The notes: a model not told the origin generated them from the sequence alone. DNA of 64,000 nucleotides from Christensenellaceae bacterium (GCA_045654125.1 JAZOMU010000017.1:1672-65671), one strand, 5' to 3'; shown: positions 29,478 to 39,499, numbered from the stretch's first letter. Numbers and translations are program-made.

Positions 29478-30647
29478 TTAATAGCAAAGTTTGAAAATCT
29501 CTTTTATTTCTTCAAACCCTAGTGGAATATAGCTTTTAATCGTGCGTGTTTTATTAAAGGTGGTAAGTTCAGCGAGTCTCTCTACTTTATCTTGCCCCAC
29601 GCCAAAATCGGTTAATTTTGCTGGCATTTTTAACAACGCAAAAAACTTAGACATTTCTTCTATGCCTAATATAGAAGCTTTTTTATCGTCTGTTTCGGTT
29701 ATACCCCACACGTTTCTTGCAAATCTTGCAAAGCGCTTTTCATTGTACTTGTAGATATATTTTGCCCAAGCTGGAAACAAAACAGCTAAACCTGCGCCGT
29801 GCGCAACGCAATCAAATTCGCCACTTAGCGCGTGTTCTAACTGGTGCACGGCTAGGTAATTTTCTCTACCACAACCCGTTAGTCCATTATGTGATAAGCT
29901 AGATGCCCACATAATTGTTGCCCTTGCCTCATAATCTTTTGGATTTACCATAACGGTTTTTCCTGCGCTGATTACAGATTTTAATAGACCTTCTGCAATA
30001 CTATCGGTAAGTTCTGTTTCGGGGCATACGCTAAAATATCTCTCAATTGTATGAGACATAATATCTACGATACCACACGCCGTTTGATATTGGCTTAGCG
30101 AATAAGTAAGTTCGGGATTCATAATTGCGAACTTACATCTATTAAGTTCGGTTGATACACCTTTTTTCATATTAAGCGCTAAATTACTGATTACGGCAGA
30201 GTTGCTCATTTCGCTACCTGCTGCAGAGTGCGTTAAAATTACGCCTACAGGAAGCGCTGTTTTGGGCGTTTTTTTTGCCATTGCAAAGTCCCAAACGTCT
30301 TCATCAGTAACAGCGCCAAGTGCTGTGTATTTACAAGAATCTATAACGCTACCACCACCAACGGCTAAAATCATTTGCACATTGGTTTCTTTTGCTATTT
30401 TTATAGCGTTATAAACGAACTCAAGCTTTGGGTTTGGCTCTACGCCACCCAATTCTATTACTTCTATATTGTTCTCTTTTAACGAGCTAATAACAGTATA
30501 GTATAAGCCACTCTTTTTAATGCTATCCTTGCCGTACTGCATCATTATTTTCTTATAGCCGTAGCTTTTGATAATTTCGCCAACCTGTTTTTCTTTACCC
30601 TTGCCAAAAAATACTTTTGTGGGTGTATTGTATACAAAATCCAACAT
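29478..30647 (-). CDS. Iron-containing (group III) alcohol dehydrogenase, butanol/YqhD-like
   Basis: MLDFVYNTPTKVFFGKGKE, AVGGGSVIDSCK, HxxxH region HQLEHALSGEFDCVAHGAGLA. Start moved to ATG 30647 with AAGGAG SD. Confidence 0.9.
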   Translation of the reverse strand: MLDFVYNTPTKVFFGKGKEKQVGEIIKSYGYKKIMMQYGKDSIKKSGLYYTVISSLKENNIEVIELGGVEPNPKLEFVYNAIKIAKETNVQMILAVGGGSVIDSCKYTALGAVTDEDVWDFAMAKKTPKTALPVGVILTHSAAGSEMSNSAVISNLALNMKKGVSTELNRCKFAIMNPELTYSLSQYQTACGIVDIMSHTIERYFSVCPETELTDSIAEGLLKSVISAGKTVMVNPKDYEARATIMWASSLSHNGLTGCGRENYLAVHQLEHALSGEFDCVAHGAGLAVLFPAWAKYIYKYNEKRFARFARNVWGITETDDKKASILGIEEMSKFFALLKMPAKLTDFGVGQDKVERLAELTTFNKTRTIKSYIPLGFEEIKEIFKLCY

Positions 30648-30664
30648 ATCAAATCTCCTTAGAT

Positions 30665-30700
30665 ATATTAACACAGAACGAGCAAATAGTCAAGTTGACT
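30665..30700 (-). promoter_or_regulatory. Promoter of the adh gene (TTGACT-17-TAATAT) with a 13-bp palindrome over the -35
   Basis: Reverse complement: TTGACT 30688-30693, TAATAT 30665-30670. AGTCAAGTTGACT palindrome at 30688-30700. Confidence 0.45.
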
Positions 30701-30737
30701 AGCAAACAAAAACACCTGCTATTTTTACAGGTGTTTT
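30700..30737 (-). terminator. Intrinsic terminator ending the alpha operon (after rplQ)
   Basis: AAAACACCTG/CAGGTGTTTT stem followed by TTTTTGTTTG on the minus strand. Confidence 0.7.
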
Positions 30738-30746
30738 AGTGTTTAA

Positions 30747-31253
30747 TTAAACCAATTCTATGATTGCTACTTCAGCAGCGTCGCCTCTACGTGCGCCAAG
30801 CTTGTAAATTCTCGTGTAGCCACCACCTTGACCCTTTTCTTCTTTGCGAGCAGCATACTTAGGTGCGTATTCATCAAAGATTTTTTCGATAAGTGGATAC
30901 TTGATAGCAGCCGTTCTCTTTTTGAAATCAGGTTTGCTTTCTTTAAAGCCCTTAACTTCTTGCAAGTCGTTAACCAAAGTCATGATTTTTCTTCTTGCAT
31001 TAAGCTTTTTAGTACCATCTTTAATAAGAGTTTTGGTGGTTTCTTTACCCTTGCTATCTGCAACCTTAACTTCGGTTTCGATAGTGTCGGTATATGAATT
31101 TACAGCGAGAGTAATAATTTTAGCAACGTATGATGCTACTTCTTTTGCTCTTGCTTCAGTAGTAGTGATTTTGCCGTGCCATAAAAGTTCAGAAGCCTGA
31201 TTTTTAATAAGCGCGAGTCTTTGCGTAGCGTTTACGCCTAATTTCCTTTCCAT
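30747..31253 (-). CDS. rplQ: 50S ribosomal protein L17 (bL17), long form with internal insertion
   Basis: TTTEARAKEV... and GGYTRIYKLGARRGDAAEVAIIELV termini. 168 aa versus about 115-130 typical. Confidence 0.93.
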   Translation of the reverse strand: MERKLGVNATQRLALIKNQASELLWHGKITTTEARAKEVASYVAKIITLAVNSYTDTIETEVKVADSKGKETTKTLIKDGTKKLNARRKIMTLVNDLQEVKGFKESKPDFKKRTAAIKYPLIEKIFDEYAPKYAARKEEKGQGGGYTRIYKLGARRGDAAEVAIIELV

Positions 31254-31256
31254 TGA

Positions 31257-32210
31257 TTAGTCCTCCTTGTCTTTTAACTTTAAGCCGTAGCTTTCGAGTT
31301 TAAAGATAACTTCATCGAGAGATTTCTTGCCTAAGTTACGAACTTTAAGCATATCGTCTTCGGTTTTCTTTGTTAAATCTTCTACAGTGTGAATATTCGC
31401 TCTCTTCAAGCAGTTATAAGAACGTACAGAAAGATCCATTTCTTCAATGGTCATTTCTAGAATTCTTATTTTCTTATCTTCTTCTGGTGGAACTAAAATT
31501 CCAATATTGCCTACTTCTGACAAACCAACGAACATTTTTACGTGTTCTTCTAAGATTTTAGCTGCTAAGCTTACGATATCACGACCTGAGAACGCGCCGT
31601 TCGTCCATACTTCAAGAACGAGCTTGTCAAAGTCTACGCTTTGACCTACACGCGTTGCAGTAACGGTATAGCACGCTTTCTTAACCGGTGTATAGATGCT
31701 ATCGATTGCGATATTATCTATGATGTCCGTTTTATGTTCGTCTGCGCCCTGATATCCACGACCTCTGCCAACGGTAAGTTCCATATCGATTTTACCACCT
31801 TCATCTATCGTACAGATATACTGGTCGGGGTTTAATACTTCGATTTCAGATTCGCCTTCGATGTCGCCTGCCTTTACTACGCAAGGACCTTCTTTAACGA
31901 GTTTTACCGTCTTTTTATATTCTTTGTCGAGACAAGTTGATTTGATTGCTACTTTCTTTAGGTTTAGAATAATTTCGGTTACGTCTTCTTTTACCTTAGG
32001 TACAGCTGAGAATTCGTGTTTAATACCAAGTTCTTCTGCAAACTTAATGTTGGTGATTGCTACTCCAGGGAGAGCTAACAACAAAATTCTTCTTAAAGCG
32101 TTACCTAAAGTTAAGCCAAAACCTTTTTCTAACGGTTCAACGGTAACTTTCGCATAACTTTGCTCTGCATTTTCTTCCACTGCTATTTTGGGTTGTTCAA
32201 TTTCCATCAT
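31257..32210 (-). CDS. rpoA: DNA-directed RNA polymerase subunit alpha
   Basis: GFGLTLGNALRRILL, C-terminal LDLSVRSYNCLKRANIHTVEDL. Confidence 0.96.
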   Translation of the reverse strand: MMEIEQPKIAVEENAEQSYAKVTVEPLEKGFGLTLGNALRRILLLALPGVAITNIKFAEELGIKHEFSAVPKVKEDVTEIILNLKKVAIKSTCLDKEYKKTVKLVKEGPCVVKAGDIEGESEIEVLNPDQYICTIDEGGKIDMELTVGRGRGYQGADEHKTDIIDNIAIDSIYTPVKKACYTVTATRVGQSVDFDKLVLEVWTNGAFSGRDIVSLAAKILEEHVKMFVGLSEVGNIGILVPPEEDKKIRILEMTIEEMDLSVRSYNCLKRANIHTVEDLTKKTEDDMLKVRNLGKKSLDEVIFKLESYGLKLKDKED

Positions 32211-32234
32211 AAGAAATATTCTCCTTTAATAGTT

Positions 32235-32309
32235 TCGATTTGTGGTTTCGTGGGAATTCGTGCTCTAGCGTGGACCACTAAAACTTTCCCCCCACGATAA
32301 ACCAATCGA
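32235..32309 (-). promoter_or_regulatory. Long imperfect stem-loop in the rpsD-rpoA spacer
   Basis: On the minus strand TCGATT-GGTTT-at-CGTGG pairs with CCACG-AAACC-aca-AATCGA (16 bp in three segments), enclosing about 38 nt. It is not followed by a U-run and ends about 12 nt before the rpoA SD. Confidence 0.4.
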
Positions 32310-32333
32310 AAATTTTTATTTTTTATTTAGTTA

Positions 32334-32957
32334 TTATTTAGAGTACAATTCGACAATCATGTGTTCAGCAATCGTTATGTCGATATCTTCTCTAGTTGGA
32401 AGAGCTAAAATCTTACCCGTTAACGTTTCGGGATTGAATTCTAACCACTTAGGCATTGCACCAACTTTCATTTGCTTAATTTCAGCAAAATACTTGTTGT
32501 CTTTCTTGGTTTCCTTTACAGCAATTTCATCACCAACTTTAACGCTATATGATGCAATATTTACGTTCTTGCCGTTAACAGTAAAGTGTGCGTGTGTTAC
32601 TAGCTGACGAGCTTGTGCTCTTGATGAACCAATACCCATTCTGAAAATTACGTTATCAAGTCTTCTTTCGAGAAGTGAAAGCATATTTTCACCGGTAATA
32701 CCCTTCATACGGTCTGCTTTTTCATAGTACTTTCTGAACGGTCCTTCAAGCACGCCGTAAATTCTCTTACATTTTTGTTTTTCACGAAGTTGCATTCCGT
32801 ATTCAGAAACTTTCTTTCTGCCCATACCGTGCTGACCAGGAGCTACTGGGCGCTTTTCAAATGCGCATACACCCTTAAAGCATCTTTCACCTTTAAGAAA
32901 TAATTTTGCACCTTCTCTTCTACATAAACGACATTTTGATTCAGTATATTTAGCCAT
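32334..32957 (-). CDS. rpsD: 30S ribosomal protein S4 (uS4), Cys-containing form
   Basis: [27 protein letters not shown]4 domain RLDNVIFR. Confidence 0.96.
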   Translation of the reverse strand: MAKYTESKCRLCRREGAKLFLKGERCFKGVCAFEKRPVAPGQHGMGRKKVSEYGMQLREKQKCKRIYGVLEGPFRKYYEKADRMKGITGENMLSLLERRLDNVIFRMGIGSSRAQARQLVTHAHFTVNGKNVNIASYSVKVGDEIAVKETKKDNKYFAEIKQMKVGAMPKWLEFNPETLTGKILALPTREDIDITIAEHMIVELYSK

Positions 32958-32971
32958 TTATCTATTCTCCT

Positions 32972-33364
32972 TTATACTCTACGTTTTTTGGGTGGTCTGC
33001 AACCGTTGTGTGGAATTGGTGAAACGTCTTGGATAAGAGTTACTTCCATATCACAGTTCGTGAGAGCGCGAATTGCAGATTCTCTACCTGCACCTGGGCC
33101 CTTAACGTATACTTCTACCGAACGCATACCTTGGTCTCTTGCTACCTTACCTGCTGCTTCTGCTGCCATTTGTGCTGCAAATGGGGTGCTCTTTCTTGAC
33201 CCCTTGAAGCCTAGGCTACCTGCACTTGACCATGATACCGTATTACCTTGCATATCGGTAATGGTTACTAAAGTGTTGTTGAACGATGCCTGAATGTGTA
33301 CTTGACCTTTGTCAACCTTTCTGGCATCTTTACGTTTTTTAACGATTTTCTTAGCTACTGCCAT
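32972..33364 (-). CDS. rpsK: 30S ribosomal protein S11 (uS11)
   Basis: [15 protein letters not shown]...[13 protein letters not shown]. Confidence 0.97.
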   Translation of the reverse strand: MAVAKKIVKKRKDARKVDKGQVHIQASFNNTLVTITDMQGNTVSWSSAGSLGFKGSRKSTPFAAQMAAEAAGKVARDQGMRSVEVYVKGPGAGRESAIRALTNCDMEVTLIQDVSPIPHNGCRPPKKRRV

Positions 33365-33379
33365 TATTAGTTACCTCCG

Positions 33380-33757
33380 TTATCTACTTGCCGTCTTTTT
33401 CTTGGCAACTGTACGACGCGGACCTTTTCTGGTTCTCGCGTTTCTCTTGGAACTCTGTCCACGAACGGGAAGGTTCTTTCTGTGACGAACACCACGATAG
33501 CAACCGATTTCTATCAATCTCTTAATAGAAAGGCTTACTTCACTTCTTAAATCACCTTCTACACGAAGGTTGTGTTCGATATATTCTCTGAGCTTTGCTA
33601 CGTCGCTTTCACTCAAATCTTTTACTCTAACGTCTGGGTTAATACCCGTTTCTTTGATGATTTTCCTTGAAGTCGTTAGTCCGATACCGTATATATAGGT
33701 TAGGCCAATTTCGACTCTTTTGTTATTCGGCAAATCAACGCCGGCTATACGTGCCAT
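33380..33757 (-). CDS. rpsM: 30S ribosomal protein S13 (uS13)
   Basis: [26 protein letters not shown]. Confidence 0.97.
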   Translation of the reverse strand: MARIAGVDLPNNKRVEIGLTYIYGIGLTTSRKIIKETGINPDVRVKDLSESDVAKLREYIEHNLRVEGDLRSEVSLSIKRLIEIGCYRGVRHRKNLPVRGQSSKRNARTRKGPRRTVAKKKTASR

Positions 33758-33893
33758 TAAACTTTCTCCTTGTTTTTTATGTTTTATATCTATATCAATG
33801 CTTTAAGTTTTTTCGCTATGGAATGGTAGCTAGTTTGACTTAAAGCTCTTTTTTTCGATAGAAACTCTTTTAGAGTTCCTTTACTAATTGGGA

Positions 33894-34010
33894 TTAACCC
33901 TGTCTTTGCTTATGGCTCTTGTTCTTAGAACAAATTACCATTACTTTGCCGTTTCTTTTAATTACTTTACATTTGTCGCACATGGGCTTTACTGAAGGTC
34001 TTACTTTCAT
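33894..34010 (-). CDS. rpmJ: 50S ribosomal protein L36 (bL36), zinc-binding form
   Basis: Not in ORF track (38 aa). Hand translation: [38 protein letters not shown]. Confidence 0.95.
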   Translation of the reverse strand: MKVRPSVKPMCDKCKVIKRNGKVMVICSKNKSHKQRQG

Positions 34011-34042
34011 TTTAATATCTCCTTTGGAATTCGTTTATGTTT

Positions 34043-34264
34043 TTAGTTTTTGCTTCGCCAAGTTATTCTGCCTTTCGTTAAATCGTACGGGCTCATTTCA
34101 AGCTTTACGCTGTCACCGGGAATAATCTTGATATAGTGCATACGAAGCTTTCCCGAAATATGTGCCGTTATTACGTGACCGTTTGATAATTTTACTTTGA
34201 ACATTGCGTTCGGCAATGCTTCTACTATCACGCCTTCGGTTTCTATTACGTCGTCCTTTGACAC
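34043..34264 (-). CDS. infA: Translation initiation factor IF-1
   Basis: [41 protein letters not shown]. Confidence 0.97.
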   Translation of the reverse strand: MSKDDVIETEGVIVEALPNAMFKVKLSNGHVITAHISGKLRMHYIKIIPGDSVKLEMSPYDLTKGRITWRSKN

Positions 34265-34268
34265 AAAC

Positions 34269-34559
34269 TTAATCCTCCTGTATTTTTTGTGTTGCGATTT
34301 TTATCGCTTTGGCTATCCTTTCGTTACCAATTGGATTTCCACTTAATATATGCTCTGCAAGTTCTTCACTTACAGAAGATACCTTTTTAATATGTTTTAG
34401 CTTTTTCCTTTTAGGGCTAGTAGTTCTTCTTTTCTTACCGTCAATCAAGGTTACGTATTCGCCATCAATCGACGATACTATAAAAAACCAACCCTTATCT
34501 CGCCCTGCAAGGCTTTGGACTATTTCGCCCACGCTTATGATGTCCCTTTCCCTGCTCAT
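34269..34559 (-). CDS. Small KOW-domain protein (conserved map-infA spacer gene of Clostridia)
   Basis: 96 aa, [25 protein letters not shown]-like motif. ATGA overlap with map. Confidence 0.7.
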   Translation of the reverse strand: MSRERDIISVGEIVQSLAGRDKGWFFIVSSIDGEYVTLIDGKKRRTTSPKRKKLKHIKKVSSVSEELAEHILSGNPIGNERIAKAIKIATQKIQED

Positions 34560-35302
34560 AACGTTAATATCTCCACACCGTTGTCAGTTATAGCAACAGT
34601 GTTTTCGTAATGCGCAGATGGTTTTCTATCTTTAGTGCGAACGCTCCAACCATCCGAAAGAAAATCTACTTGATAAACTCCTGCGTTAATCATTGGCTCT
34701 ATAGCAATGGTCATGCCTTTTTTAAGTCTAATACCAGTGCCTTTCTTCCCGTAATTAGGTACAGAAGGGTCTTCATGCATATCTTTACCAATACCGTGAC
34801 CAACTAGCGCCCTTACTACTGAAAATCCATTATTTTCTGCGTGAGTTTGCACTTTGTAACCAATATCACCTAAAGGACTGCCATCTCTTAAATTTTCTAT
34901 CGCCTTAAAGAAACATTCTTCCGTTACTTTAACCAGCCTAGCTTTTTCTTCGCTTACCTTACCTATTGTGAAAGTTCTAGCAGCATCGCCCTGCCAACCG
35001 TTATAAACAACGCCTACGTCGATGCTGACGATTTGTCCTTCCTTTATGACTATATCGTCTGATGGAATTCCGTGAACCACGATATCGTCTATCGATGCAC
35101 AAATTGACGCAGGATAGCCCGAATATCCTAAAAATGATGGATACGCGCCACAAGCTTTGATATAATCATAAGCAATTTTATCCAACTCCTTGGTAGTCAT
35201 GCCAGCTTTGATACGACTACCAATGAGCTCCAAAACGTCTCTAGTTATTCTTCCACTTTCACGCATTAGCGCGATTTCAGCTTCTGATTTAACAGTAATC
35301 AT
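34556..35302 (-). CDS. map: Methionine aminopeptidase, type I
   Basis: CASIDDIVVHGIP, DVGV..GWQGDAARTF, GHGIG, IEPM, HYENTV metal-ligand motifs. Confidence 0.96.
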   Translation of the reverse strand: MITVKSEAEIALMRESGRITRDVLELIGSRIKAGMTTKELDKIAYDYIKACGAYPSFLGYSGYPASICASIDDIVVHGIPSDDIVIKEGQIVSIDVGVVYNGWQGDAARTFTIGKVSEEKARLVKVTEECFFKAIENLRDGSPLGDIGYKVQTHAENNGFSVVRALVGHGIGKDMHEDPSVPNYGKKGTGIRLKKGMTIAIEPMINAGVYQVDFLSDGWSVRTKDRKPSAHYENTVAITDNGVEILTL

Positions 35303-35922
35303 TAACCTAAAACCTTTACGATTTCTACAAACACGTCTTCAATAGAGTGATTGCCATCAATTACTACTAACTTGCCTTGTTGTTTATAATAATCAACTAG
35401 TGGTTCAGTTTGCTTTACGTATACCGAAAGCCTTTCCTTAACCGTTGCAACGTTATCATCTTTTCTAGTTGTTAATTTTTCTCCACATACTGGGCATTTA
35501 TCAGTTTTACCAATAAAGTCGATATGGAAAGAGCCATTACAACTAGGACAGCTTCTTCTACCAGTAATTCTACGCTCTATTTTAGCAAGATCTACATCAA
35601 GTTCAATCACACAACTTGGTGGTGCAAATTGGTCAAGTGCTTTAGCTTGTTGGATATCTCTTGGAAACCCATCAAGAAGGTATCCCTTCTCACAATCTGG
35701 TTTAGAAAGTCTATCCTTTACAATTTCCACCGTTAAATCGTCTGGACAAAGATTACCAGTGTCCATAATTTCTTTAACTTTTAATCCAAGTGTTGTTTGA
35801 TTTTTAATGTTTTCCCTAAAAATGTCACCGGTAGATATGTGTGGCAGGTCGTACTTCTTAGCTATATAAGTCGCTTGAGTGCCCTTACCACTACCGGGTG
35901 CGCCAAGTAATATCAGTCTCAT
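35302..35922 (-). CDS. adk: Adenylate kinase (zinc-lid form)
   Basis: LLGAPGSGKGTQ. Lid CPSCNGSFH...CPVCGEKL. Confidence 0.96.
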   Translation of the reverse strand: MRLILLGAPGSGKGTQATYIAKKYDLPHISTGDIFRENIKNQTTLGLKVKEIMDTGNLCPDDLTVEIVKDRLSKPDCEKGYLLDGFPRDIQQAKALDQFAPPSCVIELDVDLAKIERRITGRRSCPSCNGSFHIDFIGKTDKCPVCGEKLTTRKDDNVATVKERLSVYVKQTEPLVDYYKQQGKLVVIDGNHSIEDVFVEIVKVLG

Positions 35923-35925
35923 CTC

Positions 35926-37212
35926 TTATTTTAAGAAACCTTTGTAGTTTTTCATCATTATTTGTGATTGTAGTGCTTGTTCAAACTCAAGAGCTACGGA
36001 AACGATAATTAAAATACCAGTTGCACTGAATACGTTAACTAATGCGTCACCACCTATAGCTTTGAAGATTACTGAAGGTACAAGTGCTACTAGAGCAAGA
36101 TATATTGCACCGAACAATGTAATTCTGTTTGAAACCTTTCTCAAGAAATCAGCAGTAGGTTTACCAGGTCTTGTGCCAGGGATAAAACCACCGTTGCCTT
36201 GAATTGTTTTGCTTACGTCATCTGGATTAAATTGGATTTGATTATAGAAATACGAGAAGAAGAGTATAAGCGCACAAAGTACTATCATATACGGCCAACT
36301 GCCCGTTCCCATATTTGTTGTCCACCAGTTTTCACCAACACCTAAAAGGTTGATGATTAAATCGGGGAAGCTTAAAATTGCATACGAGAAGATAAGTGGC
36401 ATAACGCCCGAAGCGTTAACTTTAATCGGGATATGCGTTGACTGCCCACCATACATTTTTCTTCCCTTTACTTGTTTTGCATACTGAACTAAAATCTTTC
36501 TTTCAGCACCATTTACAGCTACCACTGCAGTAAAAATTAAAACTGCAGCGATAACAAAGCCGATAAGCGTCCAGGCAGCTTTTGCTACTTCAGTAGGCAC
36601 GAACAAGTTTTGAATCATACCTAAAATTGATATACCAGCAGTTGATAAGATACCAGCAAAAATTAGAAGCGAAGTACCATTTGATACGCCGTAGTCGGTA
36701 ATTCTTTCACCAATCCACATTGTAAGGGCAGCACCTGCCGTGTATACGATAACCAAGAAGAAATAACTTAAAAACTTTAAGAATCCCGTGGTTCCGAATA
36801 ATTTTGAAGTATCTACCGAAGTTTTGAACGCTACTAGAATACCGATTGCTTGAACAATCGCGAGTATTAAGGTAAGCATTCTGGTATATGCGTTGATTCT
36901 TCTCTTACCTTCTTCGCCCTGCTTTGAAAGTCTTTCAAGCGCAGGAATTGCTACAGAAAGTAATTGAATAATAATTGATGCGTTAATGTACGGACCAATA
37001 CCCATTGCGAAGAAAGTACCGTAAGTAAGTGCTCCACCGGATACAGCGCTCATAATTTGCAAGTAAGTAAAATCTTGCATACCATCAAACACTTCTACAC
37101 CCGGAACAGGGATATAACATCCGAGTCTATATACAAATAAAAGTGCAATCGTAATTAAAATTTTACGTCTTACTTCTTTTATTTTAAACGCATTTACAAT
37201 CGTTTGAAACAT
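35926..37212 (-). CDS. secY: Preprotein translocase subunit SecY
   Basis: 10-TM protein, ALTYGTFFAMGIGPYINASIIIQLL, position between rplO and adk. Confidence 0.96.
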   Translation of the reverse strand: MFQTIVNAFKIKEVRRKILITIALLFVYRLGCYIPVPGVEVFDGMQDFTYLQIMSAVSGGALTYGTFFAMGIGPYINASIIIQLLSVAIPALERLSKQGEEGKRRINAYTRMLTLILAIVQAIGILVAFKTSVDTSKLFGTTGFLKFLSYFFLVIVYTAGAALTMWIGERITDYGVSNGTSLLIFAGILSTAGISILGMIQNLFVPTEVAKAAWTLIGFVIAAVLIFTAVVAVNGAERKILVQYAKQVKGRKMYGGQSTHIPIKVNASGVMPLIFSYAILSFPDLIINLLGVGENWWTTNMGTGSWPYMIVLCALILFFSYFYNQIQFNPDDVSKTIQGNGGFIPGTRPGKPTADFLRKVSNRITLFGAIYLALVALVPSVIFKAIGGDALVNVFSATGILIIVSVALEFEQALQSQIMMKNYKGFLK

Positions 37213-37233
37213 TTTGCCCTCCTATATCGGGGT

Positions 37234-37680
37234 TTAGATTTGTTCTACTTTTCCACCAGCTTTTTCTATAGCTTCTTTTGCAGATGCAGAAAATGCTGAT
37301 GCTTTTACGGTAAGAGCTTTACTTAAAGTGCCATTACCAAGAACTTTTAAACCAATGCTATCTTTGATAACTTTGATGAGTCCTTTTTCAGCAAGAACTG
37401 CCATATCTACTACCGAATTAGCTTCTAAATTTTCTAAAACGGAAAGGTTTACAATGCTATACGTTTTCTTAAAATGGTTATTGAAGCCACGCTTTGGAAT
37501 ACGTCTGATTAAAGGCATTTGACCACCTTCAAATCCAGGGCGTACACCGCCACCACTTCTTGCCCATTGTCCTTTATGTCCCTTACCGCTGGTTTTGCCA
37601 AGACCTGAACCGATACCTCTACCGAGTCTCTTCTTTGCAGTCGTTGCGCCTTCAGCAGGACTTAAATTACCTAATCTCAT
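37234..37680 (-). CDS. rplO: 50S ribosomal protein L15 (uL15)
   Basis: [19 protein letters not shown]. Confidence 0.96.
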   Translation of the reverse strand: MRLGNLSPAEGATTAKKRLGRGIGSGLGKTSGKGHKGQWARSGGGVRPGFEGGQMPLIRRIPKRGFNNHFKKTYSIVNLSVLENLEANSVVDMAVLAEKGLIKVIKDSIGLKVLGNGTLSKALTVKASAFSASAKEAIEKAGGKVEQI

Positions 37681-37713
37681 TTTGATTACTCCTTAATTTT
37701 AGTAATTTGAAAC

Positions 37714-37917
37714 TTAAATCTTTTCTACTTTCAAAAGGTAGCTTACCTTTTTAATCATACCGAGAATACATGGATTTTCGTTATGAATTTTGAAAGAGTT
37801 AACTTTTTTAAGTCCCAAAGCCGCTACGATTTTCTTGTGTTGCGGCAAGGTTGCTATCGTGCTCTTTACGAGCGTAACTTTAATTTGTGCCGTTTCGGTC
37901 TTTTTTGCCTTTGCCAT
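37714..37917 (-). CDS. rpmD: 50S ribosomal protein L30 (uL30)
   Basis: IKVTLVKSTIATLPQHKKIVAALGLKK. Confidence 0.93.
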   Translation of the reverse strand: MAKAKKTETAQIKVTLVKSTIATLPQHKKIVAALGLKKVNSFKIHNENPCILGMIKKVSYLLKVEKI

Positions 37918-37930
37918 TAAAGTACCCTCC

Positions 37931-38452
37931 TTAACCGTTAATTTCTTCTACGGTCTTGCCGCGAATCGCTGCGATTTCTTCTGCTGTACGGAGCATCTTT
38001 AACCCTGCGATTGCTGCTTTTACGCAGTTAATCTTATTGTTTGTGCCGTGTGATTTAGTTCTGATGTTAGTAATACCAACAGCTTCCATAACTGCACGAA
38101 CAGGACCACCAGCGATAACACCAGTACCTTCTGCAGCTGGCATCATAAGAACTAAGCCACTACCGAATTTGCCAAGAACTTCGTGAGGAATACTCGTTCC
38201 CAAAAGTGATACTGAGAACATACTCTTCTTTGCTCTTGCAGTTGCCTTATCAATTGCTTCGGGTACTTCTTTTGCTTTACCCATTGCGCAACCGATTTTG
38301 CCAGCGCCGTCACCAACGACTACGAGTGCGGCAAATCTCATATTTCTACCACCCTTAACGGTTTTGGTTACGCGGTTTACGCAAATAAGCTTTTTAATTA
38401 AACCGTCGTTTTCTTCTGCCTTTCTGGGCGCTCTGTTATTTTCTCTTGCCAT
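37931..38452 (-). CDS. rpsE: 30S ribosomal protein S5 (uS5)
   Basis: [25 protein letters not shown]. Confidence 0.96.
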   Translation of the reverse strand: MARENNRAPRKAEENDGLIKKLICVNRVTKTVKGGRNMRFAALVVVGDGAGKIGCAMGKAKEVPEAIDKATARAKKSMFSVSLLGTSIPHEVLGKFGSGLVLMMPAAEGTGVIAGGPVRAVMEAVGITNIRTKSHGTNNKINCVKAAIAGLKMLRTAEEIAAIRGKTVEEING

Positions 38453-38473
38453 TTTAGTTTTCTCCTTGATTTT

Positions 38474-38842
38474 TTAGAATTCCAAGCCACCCTTTCTAGC
38501 GCCGTCAGCAAGACTTGCTACACGACCGGTGTAAAGATATCCGCCTCTGTCAAATACAACTGCGCTTATCTTTTTCGACTTTGCCTTCTTTGCAAGAAGT
38601 TCGCCTACTGCGAACGCCTGCGCTTTCTTGTCTTTGCCTTCTAAAGTACCCTTGAGTTCTTTATCAAGCGTAGACGCCGTAACCAAGGTGCATCCCTTAA
38701 CGTCGTCTATTAACTGCGCATAAATGTGAGTTAAGCTTCTATATACAGAAAGTCTTGGAGCATTTGCATCGCCCTTAACTTTTGCTCTAACTCTTTTATG
38801 TCTCTTTAATCTGTCTTGATTTTTATTGATTTTCGTAATCAT
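38474..38842 (-). CDS. rplR: 50S ribosomal protein L18 (uL18)
   Basis: [14 protein letters not shown]...[19 protein letters not shown]. Confidence 0.96.
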   Translation of the reverse strand: MITKINKNQDRLKRHKRVRAKVKGDANAPRLSVYRSLTHIYAQLIDDVKGCTLVTASTLDKELKGTLEGKDKKAQAFAVGELLAKKAKSKKISAVVFDRGGYLYTGRVASLADGARKGGLEF

Positions 38843-38943
38843 AGTTTTAACTCCTATTTAATAACTTTTCGCACTTAACTTATAAAGTGCACTCGGCAGA
38901 CGCGTTAAACTATCAACGCGTCCACTAAAAGCCCTTTAAATTA

Positions 38944-39489
38944 TTAGCCTTTTGAACCAGCTGCTTTACCAACTTTACGTTCAATTACTTCGTCGTTGTA
39001 ACGAATTCCGTAGCCGTGGTAAGGTTCAGGTTCTCTAATGCCTCTTACCATTGCTGCAAATTGGCCAACCTTTTCCTTGTCAATACCACTTACGGTAATT
39101 TCGGTTTGAGTAGGACAATCAAGTGCAATTCCGTCAATTTCTTCAATCTCTACAGGATGTGAGAAACCTACGTTCATTACAACCTTTTTGCCTTGTTTAG
39201 CTACCTTCCAACCTACACCATTTACGATAAGTGTCTTTTTGAAGCCTTCGGTTACACCCTTTACCATGTTTGCGCAAAGTGCTCTATATAGACCATGCTT
39301 TGCTTTGGTTGGGCCTAGGTCGTTAGCTCTGGTAAACTTAACAACATTGCCTTCAACGTTTACAGTGATGATTGGGTCGTAACTTTGAGTTAAAGCGCCT
39401 TTTGGGCCTTTAACAGTAATTACGTTGTCCTTTGCTTCTACCGTTACGCCGGCAGGTAATTCAATATGTGCATTTCCTATTCTAGACAT
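38944..39489 (-). CDS. rplF: 50S ribosomal protein L6 (uL6)
   Basis: MSRIGNAHIELPAGVTV...VKGPKG. Confidence 0.96.
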   Translation of the reverse strand: MSRIGNAHIELPAGVTVEAKDNVITVKGPKGALTQSYDPIITVNVEGNVVKFTRANDLGPTKAKHGLYRALCANMVKGVTEGFKKTLIVNGVGWKVAKQGKKVVMNVGFSHPVEIEEIDGIALDCPTQTEITVSGIDKEKVGQFAAMVRGIREPEPYHGYGIRYNDEVIERKVGKAAGSKG

Positions 39490-39499
39490 AATTTACCTC

